Shown one piece after another: positions 31,089 through 41,523 of a DNA stretch of 64,000 nucleotides (position 1 is its first letter; every line of letters begins with the position of its first letter). The position numbers and the translations under genes are program-made. The stretch is from Candidatus Cloacimonadota bacterium. Lineage in GTDB: Bacteria; Cloacimonadota; Cloacimonadia; G963667145. The stretch lies in contig OY762940.1 of the NCBI GenBank assembly GCA_963667255.1, forward strand, positions 1 through 64,000, given 5' to 3'. The notes beneath the pieces are model-generated. The model was given only the letters and a program-made list of their open reading frames with translations, did not search any database and was not told the DNA's origin.

Positions 31089-32378
31089 CTACAATCTCCC
31101 GCTTACTATCCCTCTATCCAATATTCCTTTTACATCATAAACTACAGATTTTTCACTGCTTTTCAAAGAAATAACATCTAAATCGGCAAAATCTTTATGA
31201 GCAACCGCCAATATAATTGCCTCATATTTACCATCGCATGAAGAAAGCAAGTTTATCCCATACTCTTTCAAAACCTCTTCTTTGCTTGCCCAAGGGTCAT
31301 AAACATCAACTTGACAACCATATTCTTGTAGCTCTTTAATCAAGTTAGCAACTTTAGTATTTCTAATGTCAGGACAATTTTCTTTGAAAGTAATTCCCAA
31401 AACCAAAATCTTGCTGTTTTTTACAATATTATCTCTTTGAATCATCAATTTTATAATTTCAGAAGCAATCCATTCTCCCATTCCATCATTTATCCTTCGT
31501 CCTGCAAGTATTATCTCTGGATGGTAGCCGACCTCTTGTGCTTTTTGAGCTAAGTAATAAGGGTCAACTCCTATACAATGTCCTCCGACTAAACCTGGTT
31601 TGAATTTTAAAAAATTCCATTTAGTTCCAGCCGCTTCCAAAACCTCATTGGTATCTATCCCCAATTTAGAAAAAATCTTCGAGAGTTCATTCATAAAAGC
31701 GATGTTAATGTCCCGCTGAGAATTTTCTATCACTTTTGCAGCTTCTGCCACTTTGATGCTCGATGCCTTATGAGTCCCAACAACAATAATTTTCCTATAA
31801 ATTTCATCAACATAATCCGCCACATCAGGAGTAGAGCCGGAAGTAATTTTAACAATTTTGGATAAGGTATTTTCTTTATCCCCAGGATTAATTCTCTCCG
31901 GAGAGTAGCCCACAAAAAAATCTTCGTTGTATTTTAGTTTTGATTTTTTTTCTAACACAGGAACACAAAAATCTTCAATTACCCCCGGATATACAGTCGA
32001 TTCATACACGACCACATCATTTTTTTTTAACACACTCCCGACAAGCTCACTCGCCTTACACAAAGGAGATAAATCAGGCCTATTATTTTTGTCAGTAGGG
32101 GTAGGAACAGCCACAATATAAAAATTTGCCTCTCGAATATCTTCTATGTTTCCTGTAAAAAATACACCCTTTTCATTATTGGAGCTACTAATCGCTCTTT
32201 GCAAATCATCTTTAGAAATTTCCAAGGTAGAGTCTTCGCCGCTTCTTAGCTCTAAAATTCTCTCTTCGTTTATATCAAAACCGATAGTCTCAAAATGTTT
32301 GCCAAATTCTATCAATAAAGGCATTCCAACATAACCTAAGCCGATAATTGCTATTTTTGTCTTATCAAAATTATTCAT
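31089..32378 (-). CDS. UDP-N-acetylhexosamine 6-dehydrogenase (WbpO/TviB-type)
   Basis: GLGYVG, YESTVYPG, YSPERINPGD, KVIENSQRDINIA, GGHCIGVDPYY, FKENCPDIRN. Confidence 0.92.
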   Translation of the reverse strand: MNNFDKTKIAIIGLGYVGMPLLIEFGKHFETIGFDINEERILELRSGEDSTLEISKDDLQRAISSSNNEKGVFFTGNIEDIREANFYIVAVPTPTDKNNRPDLSPLCKASELVGSVLKKNDVVVYESTVYPGVIEDFCVPVLEKKSKLKYNEDFFVGYSPERINPGDKENTLSKIVKITSGSTPDVADYVDEIYRKIIVVGTHKASSIKVAEAAKVIENSQRDINIAFMNELSKIFSKLGIDTNEVLEAAGTKWNFLKFKPGLVGGHCIGVDPYYLAQKAQEVGYHPEIILAGRRINDGMGEWIASEIIKLMIQRDNIVKNSKILVLGITFKENCPDIRNTKVANLIKELQEYGCQVDVYDPWASKEEVLKEYGINLLSSCDGKYEAIILAVAHKDFADLDVISLKSSEKSVVYDVKGILDRGIVSGRL

Positions 32379-32393
32379 AAATTATTTACCAAC

Positions 32394-33626
32394 TCAACCT
32401 TTCAAAATCTCTTCATAAAGTTCAATATATTTTTTTGCGATTACTTCGCTATCAAATTTTTTTAAAACTTTTTCTCTAGCATTCTTGCATAATCCGTCAT
32501 AATTAGGACAGTTCAAAACCCATTCTATGCCTTCTGCCAAACTTTTCGGTTCAAAAGGAGTTGCACAATAACCGTTAATTTTATGGTCAACAATATCTTT
32601 GGGACCAGTAGCATCAAAACAAACCACTGGAGTTCGGCAACACATCGCTTCAACCAAAGTCTTACCAAATGAATCCATCAAACTGGGAACAACAAAAACA
32701 TCAGCGGCACTATACAACAGACGAAGAGAAACATTGTCATGCAAAAAGCCAAAATTTCTATACTCCACATCCAAACTACGAATGGCTCTTTCGTCCAATT
32801 TCCCAAAAAGACAAAACAAATATTTATTTTTATCCAGCAATTTCACAGCTTCAATATATTTGGGAAAACCTTTCCAAACATCTTTTAAATTACCGGCACC
32901 AACTAAAACTATCTTCTTCACCGTCTTTAAACCTAAAATTTCTCTTGCTCTTTCTTTATCGATAGGAAAAAATTCTGCCGTGTCAATATTGTTAGAAATC
33001 GTTCTAATATCAGAATTTTTAAACAATTTGCTTCCCGCAAGTGTCTCCGTCATCCAACTGCTAACACCAACGGCTCTAATATCCCTTGGTAAATATTTTT
33101 TCTTGCGATTAAAAACATATCGCGACAAATCGTATTTAAATTTACTCTGCAGCTGCACACAATTTCCGCAACCATTTTTATAATTATCACATTCAAAGGA
33201 GCAATGGCATCCACCGGTCATAGCCCACATATCTCGAACAGTCCAAACAATCGGCTTTTTGATTTTTGCAAGATGTTTAATGTTTACAAAACCTTTATTT
33301 ATCCAGTGCAAATGAATAATATCAGCATCTTTATATTCAGGAATTTTGGTAAAATCAACTCCAAAAACTCCCAAGCTAAACAAATCTTTTTTTCTGCGAG
33401 GATAAAATGCGGTAAATAAATTATCTATCTCGCCCCTAATTAAATTTTTGGCTTTGTCAAATTTTGATTTTACACAAGTTATTACGGATTTATCGCCAAA
33501 ATCAGTTTCGCTATTGGTGAATATTTTACTCTCAACTCCCAAATCCCTCAGTCCACAATGCAACCAATAAGCACCTCTGGCAGCACCACCAATCAAATCT
33601 CCGGCAACAATATGCAAAATTTTCAA
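32394..33626 (-). CDS. GT4 glycosyltransferase
   Basis: GGAARGAYWLH, DIIHLHW, WAMTGGCH, DSFGKTLVEAM. Confidence 0.88.
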   Translation of the reverse strand: MKILHIVAGDLIGGAARGAYWLHCGLRDLGVESKIFTNSETDFGDKSVITCVKSKFDKAKNLIRGEIDNLFTAFYPRRKKDLFSLGVFGVDFTKIPEYKDADIIHLHWINKGFVNIKHLAKIKKPIVWTVRDMWAMTGGCHCSFECDNYKNGCGNCVQLQSKFKYDLSRYVFNRKKKYLPRDIRAVGVSSWMTETLAGSKLFKNSDIRTISNNIDTAEFFPIDKERAREILGLKTVKKIVLVGAGNLKDVWKGFPKYIEAVKLLDKNKYLFCLFGKLDERAIRSLDVEYRNFGFLHDNVSLRLLYSAADVFVVPSLMDSFGKTLVEAMCCRTPVVCFDATGPKDIVDHKINGYCATPFEPKSLAEGIEWVLNCPNYDGLCKNAREKVLKKFDSEVIAKKYIELYEEILKG

Positions 33627-35431
33627 ATCTCTACCTCATACAATTCAAGCCATGCCAAAAAAATAAAAACTAACCAATCGCTTCTCACTGCTTTTTTCTT
33701 TTTGACTCGAGAATGCAATTTTTTCAAGAAATCTGCTTTCAGAAAATAATTTGCTTTCAAACTCTCCAACACTCTCAAAAATCTGCTATTAAGAATCCCG
33801 TTCATCCAATCGGTAAAAGGCATCTCAAACCCGCTTTTCTTCCTCTGCCACACCTCTTTAGGTATCAAATTTTTTACCGAATCGACAAAAACAGCTTTCA
33901 ATTTCCCATCTCTGATTTTGAAAGAATCGTCCAAATTGAACACAAACTCCACCAGCTTATGGTCTAACAAAACAGGTCTGACTTCCATAGAGTTTGCCAT
34001 ACTCAAAACATCGTTATCACGAAGAAGTGTGTCCAACATATAGTTGTCAATCTCCGCTTTGCTAATCTTTTGAATGCTTGACAAATTTTCATAGTAAACT
34101 ATAGAATTTTTGTCAGCTGGCAAATTTAAAATTTTCTCCAAATTTGCATGAAAAGTCCTTTGCATATCCAAAGCAAGCTCTTCCCTAACTTCTGTAAATC
34201 TGTATTTGGAAGTAAACTGGTTTGCCTTTATAGAATTCAATTTCTCCGCGAAATCTGAAACAAGCCTTCTTTTTTGGGGAGAAAATTTCGCTATATTTCT
34301 GAAATGTGGATAACCGGCAAAAATCTCATCTCCGCCAAGACCGCTCAAAGCAACTTTAAGGTTCTTGCCTGTCTCTTTGCTGACAATATAAGTATTTATT
34401 CCATCAACACTTGGTTGATCAAGATGGCTTACAAAATCGTTGAAAATCAAATCAACATAATGGTCATCAATTTTAATATTGTGATGATTGCATGCCAAAA
34501 GTTTGGCTGTTTTAGAGGCTAAATCCGTTTCATCTTTTACCTTCGTTTTGGCTTTGAAACCCACACTATAAGTCTCAATTTTGTTCCCACTGATTTTTTT
34601 CATCAAAGCAACGACCGCCGTAGAATCCACACCTCCGCTCAAAAAAGCACCGACCTTCACATCCGCAATCATATGGTATTGAGTGGCTATCTCCAATTCG
34701 CTTCTTAGCTTTTTCACCGCCTCATCATAATTATCTATTTTGGGATTTTTTTTAGCTTCAAAGACATAATCATAATATTTTTTAATCTCATATTTTCTAT
34801 TCAAATCAACTCTCATAAGATGCCCGGGCATCAGTTGGAAAACATCTTCTAAGATTGTTTTCGGTTGCTTAACTGCACCATATCTAAAATAATCGTTTAT
34901 AGCCTGAGAAGACAATTTTTTAGGGACAAAAGCAGATTTTAGAATTGGCTTCAACTCAGAAGAAAAAACAAATTGCTCATTTAAAAACGAATAAATAAGC
35001 GGTTTAATGCCAAATCTATCCCGTGCCAAAAAAAGATGTTTCTTCCGTTTATCATAAATGCAAAAAGCGAACATCCCTCTAAAAAGTTCCACACATTTTT
35101 CACCAAATTCTATGTAGCTATTTAGAACAACTTCCGAGTCAGATTCCGTGAAAAATTTATATCCCAAATTGATAAGATTTTTCTTGATTTCCTGATAATT
35201 GTAAATTTCTCCATTGAAAACAAGCACAAAATTTCCATCATCACCCATCATCGGCTGATTAGCATTATCTGACAAATCAATAATAGAGAGCCTGGTATGC
35301 CCTAAAGCAACACAACTATTTTCATCACAAAAAAAACCTTTCCCATCAGGACCTCTGTGAGAAAGTTCTTTTGAAAAAATAGGTTCTATTTCTTTAAAAT
35401 CTTTACCGATACTTCCGTATATGCCACACAT
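33623..35431 (-). CDS. asnB: Asparagine synthase-like glutamine amidotransferase (probable glycan amidation)
   Basis: N-terminal MCGI, HRGPD, FNGEIYN, RDRFGIKPL, FLSGGVDS, LSGLGGDEIFAGY. Confidence 0.92.
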   Translation of the reverse strand: MCGIYGSIGKDFKEIEPIFSKELSHRGPDGKGFFCDENSCVALGHTRLSIIDLSDNANQPMMGDDGNFVLVFNGEIYNYQEIKKNLINLGYKFFTESDSEVVLNSYIEFGEKCVELFRGMFAFCIYDKRKKHLFLARDRFGIKPLIYSFLNEQFVFSSELKPILKSAFVPKKLSSQAINDYFRYGAVKQPKTILEDVFQLMPGHLMRVDLNRKYEIKKYYDYVFEAKKNPKIDNYDEAVKKLRSELEIATQYHMIADVKVGAFLSGGVDSTAVVALMKKISGNKIETYSVGFKAKTKVKDETDLASKTAKLLACNHHNIKIDDHYVDLIFNDFVSHLDQPSVDGINTYIVSKETGKNLKVALSGLGGDEIFAGYPHFRNIAKFSPQKRRLVSDFAEKLNSIKANQFTSKYRFTEVREELALDMQRTFHANLEKILNLPADKNSIVYYENLSSIQKISKAEIDNYMLDTLLRDNDVLSMANSMEVRPVLLDHKLVEFVFNLDDSFKIRDGKLKAVFVDSVKNLIPKEVWQRKKSGFEMPFTDWMNGILNSRFLRVLESLKANYFLKADFLKKLHSRVKKKKAVRSDWLVFIFLAWLELYEVEI

Positions 35432-35548
35432 TAAATACTCTTTTGAAATAATTACGAAACTTCACAATTAATATATTCCTTGAAAATAATATCTTATTTT
35501 TACACTTACCAAACAACATCCACACTTACAAATATGAAAAAACAACTT

Positions 35549-36457
35549 TCACAGTGAATTATTTAATGTTTTATAACTTGCTGGATGACCAGAAACAAAG
35601 TTGGATAAATAATACTTCGCAGATTCATAATGATTTTCAGCAGTAAATGGTCTTAAAAAATGGTCCCCCACAATATCCTCTCTAACAAAAAAAGCATTTA
35701 CTCCTGTAATATTACAACCAACAAGACAATATCCTTCAATATTTTTTTCCAAAAACTTCAATGAAGCTCCAAAATAATCATCACCATTCCATATATGCAA
35801 TTCATTGTAATTCATACAAAATAATAATGAAGAAGAAAACTTTGCATTATATTCAATTACAAGAACCCTAGGGTTTATACATGTTATTGCATTGAAAATA
35901 TGAAAATCATTTCCGTCAATATCAACAGACAACAAATCTATCTCATCAGTGTCAATTTCGCGAGAGATTAATTCATTAATATTATCTTTAGTTATAAATG
36001 AATTTACAACTTTTAATTTACCACATTTTATAATTTTATTTAATTCATTTTTTATAGTATGAACTGCCTCCGTCGAACCATCAATCCATAAGCCCTTCCA
36101 ACCATCTAAAAGAAGAGCTGCCGTATTATTTTCTAAACCATCTCCTATCCCAAACTCAACAAATAACTTATTAGTCGTCCCAATTCTTGAAAAAATCTCA
36201 CTTATAATTCCATCTTCATCATTTTGAGAATATATTTTATACCCAAATCTAATCAGTGATTTAGGATTTTGATAACGAGACATATTTTTAATTTTTTCTA
36301 ACTCATTATGCATCATAATTTTTCGGATGTTAGAATTGTGAGAATTAAATCTCTTCAAAAAATTATCAACTTTCTCTTTAAATTTTACATATAACATACT
36401 AATATCTCCAATATTTTCTTTAGCATTTAATAAATTGAAATTATCCCTTTCAAACAA
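35549..36457 (-). CDS. Conserved glycan-locus protein, FkbM-like methyltransferase fold
   Basis: YSQNDEDGII, FVEFG, DLLSVDIDGNDFH, IEYN, GVNAFFVR. Start uncertain. Confidence 0.65.
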   Translation of the reverse strand: MFERDNFNLLNAKENIGDISMLYVKFKEKVDNFLKRFNSHNSNIRKIMMHNELEKIKNMSRYQNPKSLIRFGYKIYSQNDEDGIISEIFSRIGTTNKLFVEFGIGDGLENNTAALLLDGWKGLWIDGSTEAVHTIKNELNKIIKCGKLKVVNSFITKDNINELISREIDTDEIDLLSVDIDGNDFHIFNAITCINPRVLVIEYNAKFSSSLLFCMNYNELHIWNGDDYFGASLKFLEKNIEGYCLVGCNITGVNAFFVREDIVGDHFLRPFTAENHYESAKYYLSNFVSGHPASYKTLNNSL

Positions 36458-36503
36458 TATTTAATAACTATTTATCTTAATCTCTCCGAATTAATAGCAA
36501 AAA

Positions 36504-36578
36504 CTAAGAATATAACAATCTGGTATTTAGCAACCATTCCTTTTCGCTTTTACCGATCGTTCCGTATATGCCACACAT
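36504..36578 (-). pseudogene. 5' stub of the asnB-like gene (24-aa mini-ORF)
   Basis: MCGIYGTIGKSEKEWLLNTRLLYS*. The first 30 nt are 28/30 identical to 35402-35431 (MCGIYGSIGK). Confidence 0.8.
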
Positions 36579-36580
36579 TG

Positions 36581-37672
36581 TTATTCTAAAATATCATGCA
36601 AATATTTTTCTAATTGGTCTAATGTAAAATTAGATAGCACTTTTTCTTTTGCATTTTTCCCAAACTCCATTCTTTTATTTTTGTCTTCAATCAAAAATTT
36701 CATTTTTTGAGAAATATCTGTTGCAGAAAAAGGACTACATTCCAATCCATTTTTTTTATTCTCAATAATGTCTGTTGAACCTCCAATATTTGGACCCATT
36801 AACGGCAATTCATACATTGCAGCCTCAATAAACACAATACCAAATCCTTCTCCTTCAGGCTTTCTTGGATTAAGAGAAACATTGCTCGGCATGATAAAAA
36901 CATCGCTATTACTATAAACCTTTACAAGTTCTTCATCAGAGAGATAACCACAAAAATTCACATACTTTTCTATTTTATATTTTGAAACAAGTTTTTTTAA
37001 TCTATCTAAATCATCGCCTTTACCCACAATATTATACTCTATGTTTTTAATTCTTTCCTGATTTACTAAAATATGCATCGCTTCAATAACCTTATCATGC
37101 CCCTTATATTTTTCTTTAGCTGACAATCTCCCTACAGTCAAGAACTTAATTACATCACAGAATCTCTTCCGGCTACTTATTTTAGGAAAATTTAAAACAT
37201 TCAATACAGGAGGAATATAAACAATATCCCCCATAAAACCTTGATTTTTAATTTGTTGAGTAGTAAACGAGCTAATAGAAATTACTTTATCTAAAAACAT
37301 TAATTTTCTATTTATTTTTTTAAATCTACCCGCCCAACAATCTATCCCATATACGAACAAATGATATTTTTTTTCATAGCAAGCAACTATTTTTTCCATA
37401 TGGTTTGTTAGATAGAGATGCCCACATAAAAACAAATCAATCTTCTCATTCTTTTTTCTTAGCCTTTTCCCTATCATTTTGCCCAAAAAAAATTTGTTTA
37501 ACAATTGATTACTTTTAAAATTCACATTCTCAAACTTATCATTTTTACCATTAATAGTATGCACTATTATAGTATGCCCTTTACTCTTTAAAAAATTTAA
37601 TATTGTAAAAGAGTAGTTTTCTATTCCTCCAGCCCCTTCATTTAATGAATAACCCAAATAAAATATAATCAT
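36581..37672 (-). CDS. GT4 glycosyltransferase
   Basis: GGIENY, LTVGRL..KEKYKGHD, EGFGIVFIEA. Confidence 0.88.
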   Translation of the reverse strand: MIIFYLGYSLNEGAGGIENYSFTILNFLKSKGHTIIVHTINGKNDKFENVNFKSNQLLNKFFLGKMIGKRLRKKNEKIDLFLCGHLYLTNHMEKIVACYEKKYHLFVYGIDCWAGRFKKINRKLMFLDKVISISSFTTQQIKNQGFMGDIVYIPPVLNVLNFPKISSRKRFCDVIKFLTVGRLSAKEKYKGHDKVIEAMHILVNQERIKNIEYNIVGKGDDLDRLKKLVSKYKIEKYVNFCGYLSDEELVKVYSNSDVFIMPSNVSLNPRKPEGEGFGIVFIEAAMYELPLMGPNIGGSTDIIENKKNGLECSPFSATDISQKMKFLIEDKNKRMEFGKNAKEKVLSNFTLDQLEKYLHDILE

Positions 37673-37673
37673 C

Positions 37674-38645
37674 TTATTTGTTTCCCATTAAGTTAACTTC
37701 TTCTTCAATCATTTCTTCTATAATTTTTTCAAATGACTTAGTTTCCTTCCAACCTAAATTTCTTATTTTTTGAGAATCTCCACACAAATTAATCTTTTCC
37801 TCTTTTCTAAAAAATTTCTCATTACTTACAACATATTTTTTGTAATCTAATCCAAAATAATCAAACACAATTTTTACAACATCTTTCACTTTATGAAGTT
37901 TATTGGTAGAAATAATATAATCATCAGCCTTTTTTTGCTGTAAGATAAGCCACATTGCCTCAACATAGTCAGGTGCATACCCCCAATCTCTCCTCGCTTC
38001 TAAATTTCCTAATTCTAACTTCTCCATTTCCCCATATGCAATTTTTACCGCTGAAGAAACAATTTTTTTTACCACAAATTGAGGACCTCTTCTTGGAGAT
38101 TCATGATTATACATGATTCCAATAGAAGCAAAAATATTTTCTTTTGCCCTGAAATTCTTTAACAAATAATAACTTGCTATCTTAGCGATACCATAAATTG
38201 ATCTTGGGTTAAAAGAAGATTTTTCATTCTGGGGACAACAATCGGGTTCGCCAAACATTTCACTAGATCCAGCAAAAAAAAATCGACATGCTGGAACGAG
38301 TTCCTTAATAACATTTAAAATATGCAAAGTCGAATTAAAATTAACATCCATAATGCTAATCTCGTCTTCCATTTCATAATTTACAAAACTCTTTGCTGCT
38401 AAATGGTAAAATTCATCTGGTAAAATTTTACCAATTATTTTGTATAAAGACAATATCTCCGTGATAGATACAGAAATTAGTGTTAAGTCATTTTTTATTT
38501 TTGCTATATTTTTGAATTTTTCTGATGGATTTTCTATACTCTCTCTACTCACAAAACCATATACTTGATATCCTTTTGACAATAATAATTCGGCTAAATA
38601 ACTTCCATCCTGCCCCGTAATCCCTGTAATAATTGCTTTTTTCAC
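37674..38645 (-). CDS. GDP-mannose 4,6-dehydratase paralogue (short, divergent)
   Basis: [52 protein letters not shown]. Confidence 0.85.
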   Translation of the reverse strand: MKKAIITGITGQDGSYLAELLLSKGYQVYGFVSRESIENPSEKFKNIAKIKNDLTLISVSITEILSLYKIIGKILPDEFYHLAAKSFVNYEMEDEISIMDVNFNSTLHILNVIKELVPACRFFFAGSSEMFGEPDCCPQNEKSSFNPRSIYGIAKIASYYLLKNFRAKENIFASIGIMYNHESPRRGPQFVVKKIVSSAVKIAYGEMEKLELGNLEARRDWGYAPDYVEAMWLILQQKKADDYIISTNKLHKVKDVVKIVFDYFGLDYKKYVVSNEKFFRKEEKINLCGDSQKIRNLGWKETKSFEKIIEEMIEEEVNLMGNK

Positions 38646-38696
38646 TTTTTGATTATCCTCAATAAATTTTGTGTCGGAATAAACCCATTATTAATT

Positions 38697-39536
38697 TTAT
38701 GATTTTATATAGAGAACAAGTCCTCTATCACCACCATAATATTTATTCCCTATAGTTCCACTTAACAAATCATATGTTACATAATTCTTTTTATTCATAT
38801 AAGTTAAAATTTCATCTATTTTGACATTGTTAGCCGTAAGTGCTTCATATTATGTTCAAGGAAAACAATACAATTATATTTATCAAGAAATTTATCCATA
38901 CCCTTCAAAACATTTAATTCAAACCCTTCTACATCAATTTTAAACATATTAATAGAATTTAAATTTAATTCCATGGGCTCTGCAAATTCATCAAAAGTAA
39001 CACATTTTACATTCTCGTATTCACAATCATTTCCAAACTTAGGAACAAGTGAACTTGAGCCAGAATTATTATTCCCTGCATAATATATACGATTAACACC
39101 TGCCTTATCAGATATTGCCATATCCATTATGTGACAGTTAGATAAATAATTTAATTCTATATTTTTATTTAACCTTCCCCTGTTTTTTGAAAATGGTTCA
39201 AAAGAATAAATATTACATGTCTCCATTAAACAACCTATCTTTACTGAATAATACCCATGATTTGCTCCAATATCAAAAAAATTATCTATTTTACTTGATT
39301 TTGCCAATTTCAACAAAACTTTTTCATAAGGTTCTTCAATATCATAGGATCCTGTTATAAAACATCTATAGTTAAGCCAATCCTTTGTAGATACAAAAAA
39401 CTTTTCCCCAGTTCGTAATGTTATAACTTCTTTATGATTAATATTGCGTATGTAATTTAAAATTCCTAATCTTTTAAAAATTGCTCTAGCAAATATATTT
39501 TTTCTACAAAACTTTCCGATAGTACTTGATAGTCAT
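38697..39536 (-). pseudogene. FkbM-family methyltransferase with frameshifts near both ends
   Basis: Core (FDIGANHG, FEP, KIDVEGFE) is open upstream to ~39532 but out of frame with the ATG at 39534-39536. A plausible C-terminus (EALTANN...LVLYIKS*) is in another frame from ~38848. Confidence 0.7.
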
Positions 39537-39554
39537 CTTTCCAATTTCCTTTCC

Positions 39555-40502
39555 TCAACAAATTTTCTTAATCATAATTTTCACTTTATTAATAGTTTTA
39601 GTAAATAAACAATCATTCTTCCTAACATGTTTCCAAAGCACTTCTTTAAAATCAGCATCATCAAAAACAAATCTTGGCTCTTTCAACGGGAATTTTAATT
39701 CGCTTGCCAATATCTTAGCTCTCTTCCCCCCATCTCCAAAAGTATGCGTAGCATCATCTCCAAATCCTATATTTTGAATTAAACTTTTTGTCGGAACAAT
39801 AGATAAGCCCGCATTTTTGGCAATCGCAAAGTCAAATTGGTAATCCCAAGTATCTATTTCACCATTATATGTTTTTTCAAAAATTTTATTTCTTGTTTTA
39901 TTAAAAGGATAAGTTTCTGACATTCTCGCATTTCTAACAAATTGCCAATCTTTCATCTCCACATCAAATTCACTCCAAGATCTTTTCCAACTTGCCCAAC
40001 CCCACATCTGTCCAAGATGTGTAAAAAAATAATCCGATTCAGCAACAAGTTTATCAGATAAAAGATTGTATCCTCCAATTCTCATAATCCGCTTATCATC
40101 TTTGTATTTAACTAACAATTCTTCACAAAATCTAAAAAAACTCTGCGACGGTAAACAATCATCCTCAAGAATTATTCCCATTTCTTCGTTATCAAAAAAC
40201 CAATCTATCGCACTGCTAACTGCATATTTACATCCTAAATTTTTTTCGCGGAATAATGTCTTAACTTCACAATCCCAATCAATATTTGACATAACGAATT
40301 TTTGAACTTTTTCACAAATCTCTTTCTCGCCAGATTTATTTTCTCTAGGACCATCAGCTGCAATATATAATCTTGGGGGTTTTGCTATTTTAATTGATTC
40401 AAAAACTTTTTTGGTTGTATCAAGACGATTGAAAATCAAAAAAAGAACTGCTGTATTCAACGAAAATTCTTGAGAATTTCCCTCTTGTTTTACTTCTTCC
40501 AT
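39555..40502 (-). CDS. Nucleotide-diphospho-sugar transferase (GT-A fold)
   Basis: LIFNRLD, YIAADGPR, NLGC, IILEDDC, WGWASW, DTWDYQ, NIGFG. Confidence 0.82.
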   Translation of the reverse strand: MEEVKQEGNSQEFSLNTAVLFLIFNRLDTTKKVFESIKIAKPPRLYIAADGPRENKSGEKEICEKVQKFVMSNIDWDCEVKTLFREKNLGCKYAVSSAIDWFFDNEEMGIILEDDCLPSQSFFRFCEELLVKYKDDKRIMRIGGYNLLSDKLVAESDYFFTHLGQMWGWASWKRSWSEFDVEMKDWQFVRNARMSETYPFNKTRNKIFEKTYNGEIDTWDYQFDFAIAKNAGLSIVPTKSLIQNIGFGDDATHTFGDGGKRAKILASELKFPLKEPRFVFDDADFKEVLWKHVRKNDCLFTKTINKVKIMIKKIC

Positions 40503-41365
40503 TATCTGAACTCCAAGTTCTTTATCTCTTCAATATACTCTTTTATGGATTTTTTGGCTTTCCAACCCAAAGATTCTGTTTTAGCTGCCATCACTTCGGC
40601 GGTCATTCTGTTACCTTTTCTCTCAGGCAACATCTCGACTTTGCCACCAAACATTTTCGCAATTTCCAAAATGGTATAAGCTTCTTGATTTCCTATTCCA
40701 AATTCGTCGCCATAACCATTTTCACCTACCAAAACCAAACCATCAATAATATCATCAATATAAGTAAAATTTCTTTTTTGAGTTCCGGGACTCACCACCG
40801 TGAGAGGCTCTCCATTTTTCATTTTCTCCTTGAAAAGAGCAATCAAAGTAGCATATTTCCCTGTAGCAATTTCTCTTGAACCATAAACATTGTAAAAGTA
40901 AGTAATCGCATAAGGAATGTTATACCAATTACCATAGTTGATAACAAGCTCAGTATTGCTCGCCTTCGTCCAAGCGTAAGGAGAAGCACATCTGCCAAGT
41001 CCGCCATCACCAAATTTTGTGCTACTACCGGCATAAATCAACTTGCAGCCAACTTTTCGGACAAATTCCAAAACAGAAAAAGTTCCCTTTTTGTTGTATT
41101 CCCAAACAGTTTCAATATCATCGAAACTTTGTTCAACTCGGCTATACTCTCCAAGATGATAAATAATGTCGGGGGAAAAATTGATTGATTGAGAAATCTC
41201 CGAAGTGTTGCCTTTTATATAGGTTACATTCTTTACATGATTAGCCACACTACCAGTAAAATAGTTGTCCAAGCTATAAACTTCGTTATTTGTATCTTTC
41301 GCCAATCTCTCACAAAGATGACTTCCCACAAAACCGGCACCACCGGTAATAAGAATTTTTTTCAT
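40502..41365 (-). CDS. NAD-dependent sugar epimerase/dehydratase
   Basis: TGGAGFVGSHL, LDNYFTG, HLGEYSRVE, YAWTK, FYNVYG. Confidence 0.88.
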   Translation of the reverse strand: MKKILITGGAGFVGSHLCERLAKDTNNEVYSLDNYFTGSVANHVKNVTYIKGNTSEISQSINFSPDIIYHLGEYSRVEQSFDDIETVWEYNKKGTFSVLEFVRKVGCKLIYAGSSTKFGDGGLGRCASPYAWTKASNTELVINYGNWYNIPYAITYFYNVYGSREIATGKYATLIALFKEKMKNGEPLTVVSPGTQKRNFTYIDDIIDGLVLVGENGYGDEFGIGNQEAYTILEIAKMFGGKVEMLPERKGNRMTAEVMAAKTESLGWKAKKSIKEYIEEIKNLEFR

Positions 41366-41426
41366 ACTTCCTTCATAAATATTATTTAGCATTTAAAATT
41401 GGTCTGATTCTGTTTCAATATACTTG

Positions 41427-41454
41427 TTTATAGTAGTTTTTAATATTTTGTCAA
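41427..41454 (-). promoter_or_regulatory. Putative internal sigma70 promoter
   Basis: TTGACA-N16-TATAAA on the minus strand ~60 bp upstream of the epimerase. The AT-rich background lowers confidence. Confidence 0.45.
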
Positions 41455-41523
41455 ATTATTACTTATTTCTTGCTTAACAAGTTCGTTAAATTCTTCCAGT
41501 TTATTGCTATTTTTTTAAAGTTC

